Assembly (NCBI GenBank): GCA_038523235.1
Contig: JBCBJQ010000001.1
Span: 96,001-160,000, forward strand
From: Cyanobacteria bacterium J06626_4
Lineage (GTDB): Bacteria > Cyanobacteriota > Cyanobacteriia > Phormidesmidales > Phormidesmidaceae
Direction of reading: 5' to 3'
Length of the DNA: 64,000 bases
Under the pieces are notes generated by a model. That model worked only from the letters and a program-made list of their open reading frames with translations. It had not been told where the DNA came from and made no database searches. A program made the position numbers and the translations under genes. This document shows, piece by piece, positions 53,097 through 62,589 of the stretch. Each line of letters begins with the position of its first letter. Position 1 is the first letter of the stretch.

Positions 53097-55085
53097 TTAC
53101 CAGGCATAGCGGAGGTCTTGCTGAGTCAAAAAGGTTTGCAAGTCATCGACCTGATCAGTCACCACAATTTGGGCGGGGGTAAGATTAGGCGGCTGCGCCT
53201 CTCGTAGCAGCCAGCCGGCAGTCGCTCCGGCAGCAGAGCCCATACTCCATTCACCATAATGCACCCGCGTCATGGCATTGACGATGTGTGATCCGGCAAT
53301 GCTTTTGCCGCCAATGAGCAAGTTGTCAACACCGACGGGCACCAACGCCTCTAGAGGAATCTGCAACGGTTTCGCCAGCCGCTCGTTGACGCTCGCTCGG
53401 GTCGCCTCGTAGGAGGGTTGCCAATTGCGGTAGCGACAGCCGTGGATATCAATGTCGTAATGGGTAAGGGCGATCGCGGTGTTTTGAAAGTCGCGCCCGC
53501 CGCTGATATCGACCCGCAGGTCTTGCTCGGTCATCATAAATTGCTCTTGACCATAGGCCGGTCGCCCAATAATGCGACGGCCTTCGCGAATGTAGGGCAC
53601 CATGCTGAGCCCTGACTGGGTGCGCATCGGCCCGTCTGGGCCATACAAAAACGTGAGCGGCAGCTCAGCCGTCGCTTGGTTGTCAATTAGCCATTCGGCA
53701 AAAAGTAGGGCATGATTTTCGCCGTTCTTGAGGGCAGCAATCGAGAGTCCGCCCATCCAGTTTTGATATTGCCCGGTTTGCTCCAGCGCCTCTGGCCCCA
53801 GAATCAATGGGTCGTCCATGATGTTCCAATCATTACCCTGGGTCCAGTTGACCATGGTCATTTCGCCTGTGGTGGAGCGGCTCACCGCCGCATCGCCCGC
53901 ATAGCGGCTGACGATCCGCCGATAATTAAACAGGCCGCGATCGTGATACATCGGGAAGCCTTCCATGCCAAAAGCGCGACGATGCTCGGCCTTGGGCATC
54001 CCGGTTTCGAGTCGGGAGAGAGCCTGTTTGCTGCCGCCCTGGTCATCCACGATCGCCATCACAAACGGGTAGGTGAAGGCTTGAGTACATTGAGGATTTG
54101 ACTTCACCGGAGCGTTTAGCTCACCCAACACCTCTTTGCCATCGGAGCCGACGCGAAACGGCACTTGAGCCCAGGCCACTAATTCCCCGGTATCGGTCGA
54201 GTCGATCACGATCATTCGCTTGCCCGGTGGCGCTTGTAGGCGAATGGGAATCTTGTCGTACTGGTCAGTGCTCGACCAGGCATACCAGTCATAGAGTTCG
54301 CGCGAAAGCCGCCCTTTGGGCAGGTATTGCGGATTTTTAGGCACCCGCTTGACCGCGTAGACCGCCGTAATATTACGCCCAGCCGTGTCAAAAGCGGCCC
54401 CCTTAAAGGCCGTCGAGGTGGCCCAGCGACTATTGGGGGAGGCCCTCACAGCATTCTGCAAAAAGCTTTCAGCAGCGGCAGCTCCCTTCTCGGGTAGAAA
54501 GCAGAGGTCGCCGACCCAGCAGCTATTCGTCTCATAGGTGAACTGGCGATCGCTCATCCCCGTCCAGGCTGGCAAATCGACGGGCTGACTTCGAATTAGC
54601 CGTTTGAAGTCACGCCAGCTGGGCGAAAAATTTTGCACTGCCCGCATTGAGCGTGATTCATCAATCGCGGATACGCCCTGGGAGCTAATCTGCCCGCCCA
54701 ACCAGGGCGTCAGTTCAATCAAGCAGGTTTGAGCGCCCGTGCCCATGGCGTGAGCCGCGGCCCCGACCCCCCCTAAGGAACCGCCGACCACCACCACTTC
54801 GCATTCCCACACCTCTTGAGCGCGCGGCAGCGGCGAGAGATTGGGGCGACCGTTGGCTGCATGAATGTCATCTAATCCCACTAAGACCGGGCTATCGGTC
54901 AGCGACTGCCCAATCGTCGCCATCGCCACCGGCACCTCTAGATAGCCATAAGCGACATGAAACGCTTCTAATAGCAGGATGCCACCCAACACCCCGCCCA
55001 AAACCGCCATCGATAACAGCGTCATGCGACGTTTGCGTTGTCTCCGCTTGACGGCGCGGTGGCGATAGAGGCGGCGCGTGACCAT
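53097..55085 (-). CDS. Membrane-anchored FAD-dependent oxidoreductase
   Basis: VVGGSLGG, WLGGQISSQGVSAIDE, PYIREGRRI, IPLEALVP..VDNLL.GGK and RVH. Basic N-terminus plus a TM helix. Confidence 0.82.
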   Translation of the reverse strand: MVTRRLYRHRAVKRRQRKRRMTLLSMAVLGGVLGGILLLEAFHVAYGYLEVPVAMATIGQSLTDSPVLVGLDDIHAANGRPNLSPLPRAQEVWECEVVVVGGSLGGVGAAAHAMGTGAQTCLIELTPWLGGQISSQGVSAIDESRSMRAVQNFSPSWRDFKRLIRSQPVDLPAWTGMSDRQFTYETNSCWVGDLCFLPEKGAAAAESFLQNAVRASPNSRWATSTAFKGAAFDTAGRNITAVYAVKRVPKNPQYLPKGRLSRELYDWYAWSSTDQYDKIPIRLQAPPGKRMIVIDSTDTGELVAWAQVPFRVGSDGKEVLGELNAPVKSNPQCTQAFTYPFVMAIVDDQGGSKQALSRLETGMPKAEHRRAFGMEGFPMYHDRGLFNYRRIVSRYAGDAAVSRSTTGEMTMVNWTQGNDWNIMDDPLILGPEALEQTGQYQNWMGGLSIAALKNGENHALLFAEWLIDNQATAELPLTFLYGPDGPMRTQSGLSMVPYIREGRRIIGRPAYGQEQFMMTEQDLRVDISGGRDFQNTAIALTHYDIDIHGCRYRNWQPSYEATRASVNERLAKPLQIPLEALVPVGVDNLLIGGKSIAGSHIVNAMTRVHYGEWSMGSAAGATAGWLLREAQPPNLTPAQIVVTDQVDDLQTFLTQQDLRYAW

Positions 55086-55306
55086 TGCAGGGAGGTTCTT
55101 AAGGATATCTAAACGTCTCAGAGTGTAGCAACAGAAACTCTGGACGGGGCACTTTCTGACTAATTATTCGAGGTAAATTCAATTTCAGACGAATATTTCG
55201 ATAGGGCAGTCCCTGCCGTCTATCTCAGTCGCCTATCCGCGAAGGCTCTGCTGACAGACACTCTCAGCGATCAGACTGCCAAGCCCTTCTGGCAATATCG
55301 GAGAGC

Positions 55307-55341
55307 AAAACAGCCGAGCCGTCCGAGGTGTCGGCTGTTTT
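55307..55341. terminator. Intrinsic terminator (bidirectional-type)
   Basis: AAAACAGCCGA-13 nt-TCGGCTGTTTT. Confidence 0.7.
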
Positions 55342-55425
55342 CAGAGGCTCCGGACAAACAATAAAGGTATAGAAATTTACGCCGAAGCTAGCGCAGACTT
55401 CTGAGATCCCGCTGAGCGATCGCCC

Positions 55426-56283
55426 TCAAGGACACAGGCTACCGAAGTGACTACTGAGGGTTTTGAACTCGGCCCCCTGCGCCTTGGCCACCCCAATCGA
55501 AGCTGCCAGCCCGTGTAAAAGCCTTTGCTCAGCAGCAGTGAGCGAGGCCGGTCGCGGCCACTGACCATCGTGAAACACAATAATGCGCCCCTGCCCCGTC
55601 ACCACCGTCTGCACAATCTCTGCCACCGCCGAGTCACTGTTGATCGAGATCTCATTGAACATGGCGATACACATGCCATGGGCGTGAGCCAGGTCAACCA
55701 CTGCCTGGTCATAGCTCCCATAAGGCGGGCGAAACCAGCGAATGCGTAGATTGGGCAACTGCCAGTGCAGGAGTGCCAGACCGTCAGCAATCTCCTGCTT
55801 TTTCTGCTCCCAAGACAAGGTCGTGAGATCGGCATGGCTATAGGAATGCAGGGCTAATTCGTGCCCCTCAGCGACGATGCGCTCGATCAATTCGGGCCAC
55901 ATGGCCGCGTTGCGACCCAAGACAAAAAAGGTCGCCTTGACGTCATGTGCTTGCAGAATGTCGAGAATCAGTGCCGTCGCTTTGGGGCTAGGGCCATCGT
56001 CAAAGGTTAAAAATATTTCTGGTGAGCGATCGCTGAGCCAGTCGCGAATGGTGTCTTGGGTTAGATCAACGCCCCCTAGCACCGGCGGCTGCAGCGGTAA
56101 GGGAATTCTTGAAAATGACGGGGTGATGCCAGTGAGGGTCGCCGGATCAACGGAGCCTAGCAGCGAACTGACGGGACGAGCCCTTGCGACCGGCGGCACC
56201 GCAGCAGGATAGACGCGGTTGACCAACAGGCCCAAGAACGCCGAAATCACCATCCCAAATAAGAATTTCTTGAAGGATGGCAT
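55426..56283 (-). CDS. Polysaccharide deacetylase (NodB/CE4)
   Basis: LTFDDGP, KATFFVLG, HSYSH, FRPPYG and IIVFHDG; N-terminal signal/TM segment. Confidence 0.88.
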   Translation of the reverse strand: MPSFKKFLFGMVISAFLGLLVNRVYPAAVPPVARARPVSSLLGSVDPATLTGITPSFSRIPLPLQPPVLGGVDLTQDTIRDWLSDRSPEIFLTFDDGPSPKATALILDILQAHDVKATFFVLGRNAAMWPELIERIVAEGHELALHSYSHADLTTLSWEQKKQEIADGLALLHWQLPNLRIRWFRPPYGSYDQAVVDLAHAHGMCIAMFNEISINSDSAVAEIVQTVVTGQGRIIVFHDGQWPRPASLTAAEQRLLHGLAASIGVAKAQGAEFKTLSSHFGSLCP

Positions 56284-56502
56284 TATCCTGAACGCATCGC
56301 CGGTAGCGGCAAATCACAGCGGCTTACACTGCAAGATTATCCTTGAAATCGCCGGCCAGAGAAAACAGCTTCAACAAAAATTCTCATCTAGTAAATGACC
56401 AGATAGCATCGGCTCTCAAGCTGATTGATTGAGGTCTTTGCCCCGCCTGGTTGCGTTTTTCCGTCTCGGGGGCGACATCCTGTAAACGTTCGCTGCAGTA
56501 GC

Positions 56503-56532
56503 TTGACAACCCCAGCGGTGCCCGCCTACCTT
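56503..56532 (+). promoter_or_regulatory. Candidate sigma70-type promoter upstream of ftsX
   Basis: TTGACA (56503-56508), 18 nt spacer, TACCTT (56527-56532). Confidence 0.4.
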
Positions 56533-56846
56533 AGGCCATGCTCCCGTAGTTTGGGGCATGGCACTAGTAATAGTGTCAAACAACGCGATTTCAGGGTGTT
56601 GAGCTTTACAGGTGGTTACCGATGATCAAGCAAGTCGCTCGTGACTAGCCCAGCCGTCCTGGCTAGCCGCTAGTCAAACCAGCGGCATCAATGCGGGTTG
56701 GCGCTTAAATCACCTCCCCCAGCCCCAACCGTGGTCAGTCAGGATTTGCCCGGCTCCCATCCCGACTACTAGGGACGCTATTTTTGAGCCCCTCTCTAAC
56801 GCCTGTAACCAGTTTCGAGTCCCCTTAAATTTTCCCGGTTGCTCCG

Positions 56847-57749
56847 ATGTTAAAAGCTTTTACCAAAGCTGATTACCTAATTCGAGAAACCCTGCTGGGT
56901 CTGCGGCGCGGCGGGTGGATGAACTGGGCCGCGATTAGCACCATGACGGTGCTGCTATTTTTGTTTGGCGTCAGTTTGCAGGCCAGCTGGCAGCTCGAGG
57001 GCTTGCTCAATCAGTTTGGCAGTCAGCTCGAAGTGTCGGTGTATCTAGACAGCGGTGTGCAGGCCGATTCGTTGCAGGCGACGGTGGCCGCGCTACCCGA
57101 GGTAACGACCGTGGAAGCGGTACCCAAAGAAGCCGCTTGGCAAGAGCTGGTCACGGATCTGGGCATTTCTGATATTGCGGGGGCAACGGAACAGCTGAAA
57201 GGCAATCCGCTGGTCGATGCGCTGCGGGTCAAAGCGCGCCAGTCAGAAGCGGTGCCCACCTTAGCCGCCCAGTTGCTGAATCTGGAGGGCGTCAATGAGG
57301 TGCTGTATGTTGACGAAGCAGTGCAGCGCATCCAGCAGCTCAACGATGGACTGCGATGGTCCAGTTTCTTCGTAATTAGTGTATTGAGCCTGACCGCGAT
57401 CGCGGTAATTACGACCACGATTCGGCTGATTGTGATGGCTCGTCGCCACGAAATTGAGGTGATGCAGCTGGTGGGGGCAACCCAAATTTGGATCTATTTG
57501 CCCTTTATCCTCCAGGGCACCTTTTTTGGCTTAGTGGGTGCTGGGGTCGCCTGGGGATTGCTCATCGGGATTCACCAGTTTCTGTACGAGGTGGTGAACC
57601 AGCAGCCTGACTTTATTCAATTTGTCGTGAATGGCTTGCGCCTCACCTCTAAGCAGACGATTTTGCTGCCTTCCTCACTGCTGGGCCTCGGCTGCGCTGT
57701 GGGGCTGATGGGCAGCCTGGTAGCCGTGCGAAAATATGCGCTGCGATGA
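56847..57749 (+). CDS. ftsX: Cell division ABC transporter permease FtsX
   Basis: LRRGGWMNWAAIST, LEVSVYL, NPL.DAL.V and TTIRLIVMARRHEIEVMQLVGAT..WIYLPF. Confidence 0.9.
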   Translation: MLKAFTKADYLIRETLLGLRRGGWMNWAAISTMTVLLFLFGVSLQASWQLEGLLNQFGSQLEVSVYLDSGVQADSLQATVAALPEVTTVEAVPKEAAWQELVTDLGISDIAGATEQLKGNPLVDALRVKARQSEAVPTLAAQLLNLEGVNEVLYVDEAVQRIQQLNDGLRWSSFFVISVLSLTAIAVITTTIRLIVMARRHEIEVMQLVGATQIWIYLPFILQGTFFGLVGAGVAWGLLIGIHQFLYEVVNQQPDFIQFVVNGLRLTSKQTILLPSSLLGLGCAVGLMGSLVAVRKYALR

Positions 57750-57871
57750 GGTAGAACTGAGCAGACGAAACAAACGTTATTCAGCCTCAACGAACACTAC
57801 TATGTTGGCTCCCTAGCTCCCCTGCCCTCCACCTCAGAACGATGGACGAACGGACACATTAGTGGCGCTTG

Positions 57872-58057
57872 CTATCTCCGCTCTTCCTCATCTTCGAGAT
57901 AGGCGGTTTCTTCCACATCAGTGGTGTTCAGTTCGTCTTTGAAGCTCCGCAGGGTCTTGCCCAGGGCATTGCCTAGTTCAGGAATCTTTTTGGGGCCAAA
58001 AATCAAGAGACCGACCCCCAGCACTAGAATGACTTCAGTCCAGCCAATATTAAACAT
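57872..58057 (-). CDS. tatA: Twin-arginine translocase TatA/E subunit
   Basis: IGWTEVILVLGVGLLIFGPKKIPELGNALGKTLRSFK. Confidence 0.92.
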   Translation of the reverse strand: MFNIGWTEVILVLGVGLLIFGPKKIPELGNALGKTLRSFKDELNTTDVEETAYLEDEEERR

Positions 58058-58201
58058 AACCAGGGCTCCGTAGGGATATCTTAAGTGAGAGAACGAATCG
58101 GTTGGGCGTCATCAGGCAGCCATTCAGAACAACCCGGTTAACGCGATTATTGCCGGCAAGCGGGTCAGTCAAAGACTGAATTTACCGTACCATCTTCCCC
58201 C

Positions 58202-59404
58202 TTAAACACTGGCCTTGGCCGGTTCAAAGCGGATGTTGGCTTGGCGAAGCCGATGCATGGCTTCACCCAGGCGATCGCAGTCCGCGATCAGACTGACTCG
58301 CACGTAGCCTTCGCCCCCTTTGCCAAAGGCGTTCCCTGGGGTGAGCACCACTCCCGTTTGCTCTAGCACTGACAGGGCAAAATCGGTGGAAGACACGCCG
58401 GGTGGGCAGGCCACCCATAGATACATCGTGGCGCGAGTTTTGGTCACCTGCCAGCCCAGAGACGCAAACTCTTTGATGAGAAAGTCCCGCCGAGTGCGAT
58501 AGCGAGTTTGCACCGCTTCTAAATATTGGTCAGGCAGCTGCAGTGCCGTTTCAGCCGCTTTTTGCAACGCTGAAAAAATACCGTAATCAAGATTGGTTTT
58601 AAGCGTCCGCAGACCTTGAATGATGTGGCGGTTACCCACAACAAACCCGACCCGCCAACCTGCCATATTGTAGGTTTTGGAGAGGGTGTGAAACTCGACC
58701 CCAATCTCTTTGGCACCTGGAATCTCTAGCAGGCTCGTGGGTTGATAGTGATCAAAAGCAAGTTCCGCGTAGCACAGGTCATGCACCAGCATGATTTCGT
58801 AGCGGCGCGCAAAGGCGACAATCTCTTCAAAAAACTCGCGGGGCGCAGTCGCGGCAGTGGGATTGTTGGGATAGTTGAAGAAAAGAACTTTCGCCTGCTC
58901 CGCCACCGCATCAGGAATGGCAGCCAGGTCAATGAGCCAGTCATTATCTGCCGTTAACGGCAGATCGACAATTTGTCCCCCCGCGATCGCGGGGCCGCGA
59001 AAATGCGCCGGATAGGCCGGCGTGGGCACCAGCACCACGTCACCGGGATTGATATAGGCCATCGCCAGATGCGCCAATCCCTCTTTAGACCCCAGCAGCG
59101 GCAAGGCTTCACCGTTAGAGTCGAGAGTGACGCCATAGCGGCGGTGATACCAGCGGGTAATCGCTTCCCGAAAGCTACCGGTGCCCTCAAAGGGCGGGTA
59201 GCCGTGGTTAGCCGCATCTTGAATGGCACTATAGGCGGCATCCACCACCGGCTGGGGCGTCGGCCCATCAGGATTACCCATGCCCAAATCAATCAAGTCC
59301 AACCCGCGATCGCGGGCTGCTGCTTTGAGTTCTTCTAACCGGGCAAACACGTAGGGGGGCAGCCGTCGCACGCGGTCCGCCGGTTGCAGCCAATCCAGGT
59401 TCAT
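58202..59404 (-). CDS. Class I/II PLP-dependent aminotransferase (aspartate/LL-DAP aminotransferase-like)
   Basis: LPPYVFA, DLGMGNPD, LGSKEG, NYPNNPTA, HDLCY and TLSKTYNMAGWRVG. Confidence 0.88.
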   Translation of the reverse strand: MNLDWLQPADRVRRLPPYVFARLEELKAAARDRGLDLIDLGMGNPDGPTPQPVVDAAYSAIQDAANHGYPPFEGTGSFREAITRWYHRRYGVTLDSNGEALPLLGSKEGLAHLAMAYINPGDVVLVPTPAYPAHFRGPAIAGGQIVDLPLTADNDWLIDLAAIPDAVAEQAKVLFFNYPNNPTAATAPREFFEEIVAFARRYEIMLVHDLCYAELAFDHYQPTSLLEIPGAKEIGVEFHTLSKTYNMAGWRVGFVVGNRHIIQGLRTLKTNLDYGIFSALQKAAETALQLPDQYLEAVQTRYRTRRDFLIKEFASLGWQVTKTRATMYLWVACPPGVSSTDFALSVLEQTGVVLTPGNAFGKGGEGYVRVSLIADCDRLGEAMHRLRQANIRFEPAKASV

Positions 59405-59488
59405 GCTGACGATGCCTCTCATACAGAGCTCAACGCTCACGGTCAGGTGTGCAAAATCTATCAGATTTTTGCCCCCTAGCGACCAAAG

Positions 59489-60652
59489 TTAACGCTGAGG
59501 CGCAGATTTTTCATGAGAGGAGGACGCTGACGCTGAGGTGCCAGCGGACTTGGTCGCCTTCATCGGCGGGGTGGTCGTGGTCACCAGTGCGCCCATGAGC
59601 GCCTCTGGAGTGACCGCAAACGGCAAGTGGTGAATATCCGAGTCCGGCTGGCAGGCAATGGCGGCAGCCTGCTGCAGCTCACTCACCCGAACCTCCTCCA
59701 TCGCCATATCAGCCAGCGTTTTGGGCAGACCAATCGTGTCATAGAACTGAATGAGTTGCTGACGAGAGGTCGCAGCGAGAGCCGATTGCTGGGCAATTTC
59801 TTCTAAACGCAGCTGCACCAAAATGCCATAGGCCACTTTTTCGCCGTGCAGCATGGGATGGCTCGCCGGTAGATGGGTCAACCCATTGTGCACGGCGTGG
59901 GCCGCCACGGTGCGACATTGGGCACCACCCAGGCCGCCCATCACCCCAGCCAACAAAACACAAGCATCAACGACCTCACGCCAGTCGTCACCGCCGGGTG
60001 CGGCCAAGGCTCCCGGAGTTTTTTGCCAGAGGAGGTCACGGAGCACTCGCGCCTGCTGCACAGCGGCGATGGTCAAGGTATGGTCTGACGAGCCACTGCT
60101 GACGAAGCCTTCGTACCATTTGGCGAGGGCATCACCGATGCCCGCAATGAGGGTGCGCGGCGGCGCCGTGGCGATCAGGTCGTAATCCAAAATGAGTAAA
60201 TCGGGGCAGCGATCTAACGCGACGTCGTAGAGAAACGCGCCGGTTTCTGAATAGACATTAGACAGCGCTGTCCAAGCGGCACAGGTCGCCGCCGAGGTCG
60301 GCACGGTGATGACCGGTAGCTGTCTCTGATGGGCAATGAGTTTGGCGGCATCTAACGCTTTGCCGCCGCCCACCCCAATCACGACATCAGCAGCGTGAGC
60401 CTGAGCTGCCGCTTGGAGCTGACTGAGGGCAGTTTCGCTGCAGTCATTGCCATAGCTGGCTGAGCTGGCAGTAAGTCCCGCCAGCGCCGGCCTGAGAAAA
60501 GGGGCGGCGATCGCGAGGGTGTGATCGCCGCCAACTAGTAGGGGGCGTTGCCCTAACCGGGCAATTACCTCGCCGACAGTCGCCAGAACTCCGGCACCGC
60601 GCCTCACCTGGGCGGGTGCCACCATCAAGGTGGGAAACGTAGGTGTAGTCAT
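59489..60652 (-). CDS. Iron-containing alcohol dehydrogenase / glycerol dehydrogenase family
   Basis: GVGGGKALDAAK, PTSAATCAAW, AGIGDALAKWYE, AHAVHNGL and LHGEKVAYG. Confidence 0.88.
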   Translation of the reverse strand: MTTPTFPTLMVAPAQVRRGAGVLATVGEVIARLGQRPLLVGGDHTLAIAAPFLRPALAGLTASSASYGNDCSETALSQLQAAAQAHAADVVIGVGGGKALDAAKLIAHQRQLPVITVPTSAATCAAWTALSNVYSETGAFLYDVALDRCPDLLILDYDLIATAPPRTLIAGIGDALAKWYEGFVSSGSSDHTLTIAAVQQARVLRDLLWQKTPGALAAPGGDDWREVVDACVLLAGVMGGLGGAQCRTVAAHAVHNGLTHLPASHPMLHGEKVAYGILVQLRLEEIAQQSALAATSRQQLIQFYDTIGLPKTLADMAMEEVRVSELQQAAAIACQPDSDIHHLPFAVTPEALMGALVTTTTPPMKATKSAGTSASASSSHEKSAPQR

Positions 60653-60669
60653 CGCGTCAAACTCAAGGA

Positions 60670-61197
60670 TTAGGTGTTGTCTTCAGCGGTAGAGGGCAGT
60701 GCTTGCAGGGCCGCTTCATCGAGCTGAATCGAGAAGGGGGGTTCGGCATCGCGTTGAGGGGCAGGCTGAATCTGCCCCAAATAAACCAAATTAGAAATGC
60801 CACCAGATTCATGGCGAATTGTACGCGCACGAATGGTGGGCGTATTCCCTCGGCTGCCTAAGCGGCTCGGCTTGAGCAAATTGCTGGCGGCCTGCTGCAG
60901 GGTGGCTTCCAGCTCAGGGGGGGTGATGGTATCAGGCACTTTGATGACGATTTGAGCCGCCCCAGAGTCATAAACGGTGTTAAAGGGAATCGCCCCCGGC
61001 ACGGTTGTGCGGGTAAACGGCTCAAAACTCAATCCCAGCAGCCCCCCGGTGAGCACCCCCATAAAACTGGTGATCCCCACCAGTCGAAAGCGAAATCCCC
61101 AGCCCAGCACAAAGGCCAGTAGGGTAATCCCCGCCATTGTCAGGGTGGCAATGCCGAAATACTTTGTGGCGACCAAAAATTCTGCAGGTGTTGGCAT
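60670..61197 (-). CDS. ycf51: Ycf51 family protein (DUF2518)
   Basis: WGFRFRLVGITSF, VYDSG..Q.VI, LEATLQQAA.NL and IRARTI.H. Confidence 0.85.
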   Translation of the reverse strand: MPTPAEFLVATKYFGIATLTMAGITLLAFVLGWGFRFRLVGITSFMGVLTGGLLGLSFEPFTRTTVPGAIPFNTVYDSGAAQIVIKVPDTITPPELEATLQQAASNLLKPSRLGSRGNTPTIRARTIRHESGGISNLVYLGQIQPAPQRDAEPPFSIQLDEAALQALPSTAEDNT

Positions 61198-61461
61198 CGG
61201 TTTCCGGGTTTCAGCTAAAGGGGGCAAACAAACTCAAGTCTGAGTTTGCATAAAGATTCAAGTGGTTTTGAGTACTGATGTTTAGTTTCTGATCGTATCA
61301 GTTTCATCGAGCTTTGCCGAAAAGCCTATAGAGAGCTTTGGGATCAACATTGCCCTGGCTGTGGGCATACTGGCTTGCACGGTACTTTCGCGATTGAGAG
61401 TATCATGTGCCAAGCCATGCCCCCTGTGCATGGATCCACTATTTCTATGAGGACAGGTTTC

Positions 61462-62076
61462 ATGCTGACATTTCGCCGCCGTGGGGTGGTTTCAGCTAGT
61501 GTCGCGATCGCCCTATTAGCTGCGGGCTGTGGCGAATCAAAGGTATCTCAGTGCAATCGCTTGGCTGAGATTGTCAACAAGGCGCAGGGATTTATGCCCG
61601 CCTTCGAAAGCAACATTCAAACCTTTAGTAGCAATGCCGCGCAGGTTGAAAGCTTAGACGACATCAAGGCCGCTGCTGACCAGTATGTGACGGCGGTGAA
61701 TGAGGTGGTCAGCGATTTAGATGCCCTTGCCGTTGAGCTAGACAGCACTGAGCTGGAAGATGAGGAGCTGATTGGTTATCGCGATCGCTATATCGAGATG
61801 GTCGCCGGTTTTAGCGGTGCCCTCAATCAAGCCAGCGACGCCATGGGCATCGTTCAAGAAGTTGAAGCTGAGGCCGACTTGCCTGCCAAAATTGAAGAAT
61901 CGCAGCAAGAGACGGTGCAAGCTGTCCAGCTAATTCAAGAGCTGTCGGTCGAAGAATCCACCATCATTAACGAAGTCAATACCTACTGTGGTGCAGCTGG
62001 AGCCGGTACGGCCCCCGAAGCAACGGAAGAAGAAGCGGCACCCGCCCCCGACGCCGAAGGTGGCGAAGCCCCTTAA
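61462..62076 (+). CDS. Helical lipoprotein (hypothetical)
   Basis: Lipobox AAGC, then GESKVSQCNRL...EVNTYC (Cys pair) and an acidic tail. GAGGA RBS upstream. Confidence 0.75.
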   Translation: MLTFRRRGVVSASVAIALLAAGCGESKVSQCNRLAEIVNKAQGFMPAFESNIQTFSSNAAQVESLDDIKAAADQYVTAVNEVVSDLDALAVELDSTELEDEELIGYRDRYIEMVAGFSGALNQASDAMGIVQEVEAEADLPAKIEESQQETVQAVQLIQELSVEESTIINEVNTYCGAAGAGTAPEATEEEAAPAPDAEGGEAP

Positions 62077-62113
62077 CCGCTCAGGTCAGTCTTCTGCCAA
62101 GAACAGGTCACCG

Positions 62114-62167
62114 TTGAAACGTGAAATGCCCTCTCATTAGCTAATGAGAGGGCATTTCACGTTTCAA
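62114..62167. repeat. Perfect 54-bp palindrome with no spacer
   Basis: TTGAAACGTGAAATGCCCTCTCATTAG|CTAATGAGAGGGCATTTCACGTTTCAA. Confidence 0.9.
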
Positions 62168-62214
62168 GCACTTTATCCTAATCCTCAGGACTTACGCAGT
62201 TGAATTCGATTTTG

Positions 62215-62281
62215 GCCCCTGTATCCCTAACTCTGGGGAAATCGGATTCAACATCCCCCAGAGTTGGGGAACCGAGGAGGC
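62215..62281. repeat. Degenerate REP-like cyanobacterial palindromic repeat
   Basis: TCCCTAACTCTGGGG...CCCCAGAGTTGGGGA stem. Confidence 0.55.
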
Positions 62282-62589
62282 GTTTGCGTAAGTCCTATCA
62301 CGGAGAAAGGAGCAAGCTTTGCGCTGCTCGAAGGGTGGCCAAACTAGGGCTCGACAACAGTCGGCTCCTGCATGCATCAACCAAGAAGCAGTATGGCAGA
62401 GGGTAGAAAAATGCCGGGTTCAAGGTGCAGGGAAGGGCCTTGCTGCAAGCGATCCGACGATTAAAAGTGGCCAAACCTGACTGCGACTCGCTATCGCTTC
62501 AAGCCTTGGCTCTGACCAAATGGCAGCCCGACATATGCCAGCACAGGTTGGCCTCTATTTCAGAAAATTTGAGATTGGGGTTGGTGCGG

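Noticed and set aside
56847..57749. ftsX without neighbouring ftsE
   Set aside because: Unlinked ftsE and ftsX are commonplace in cyanobacteria.
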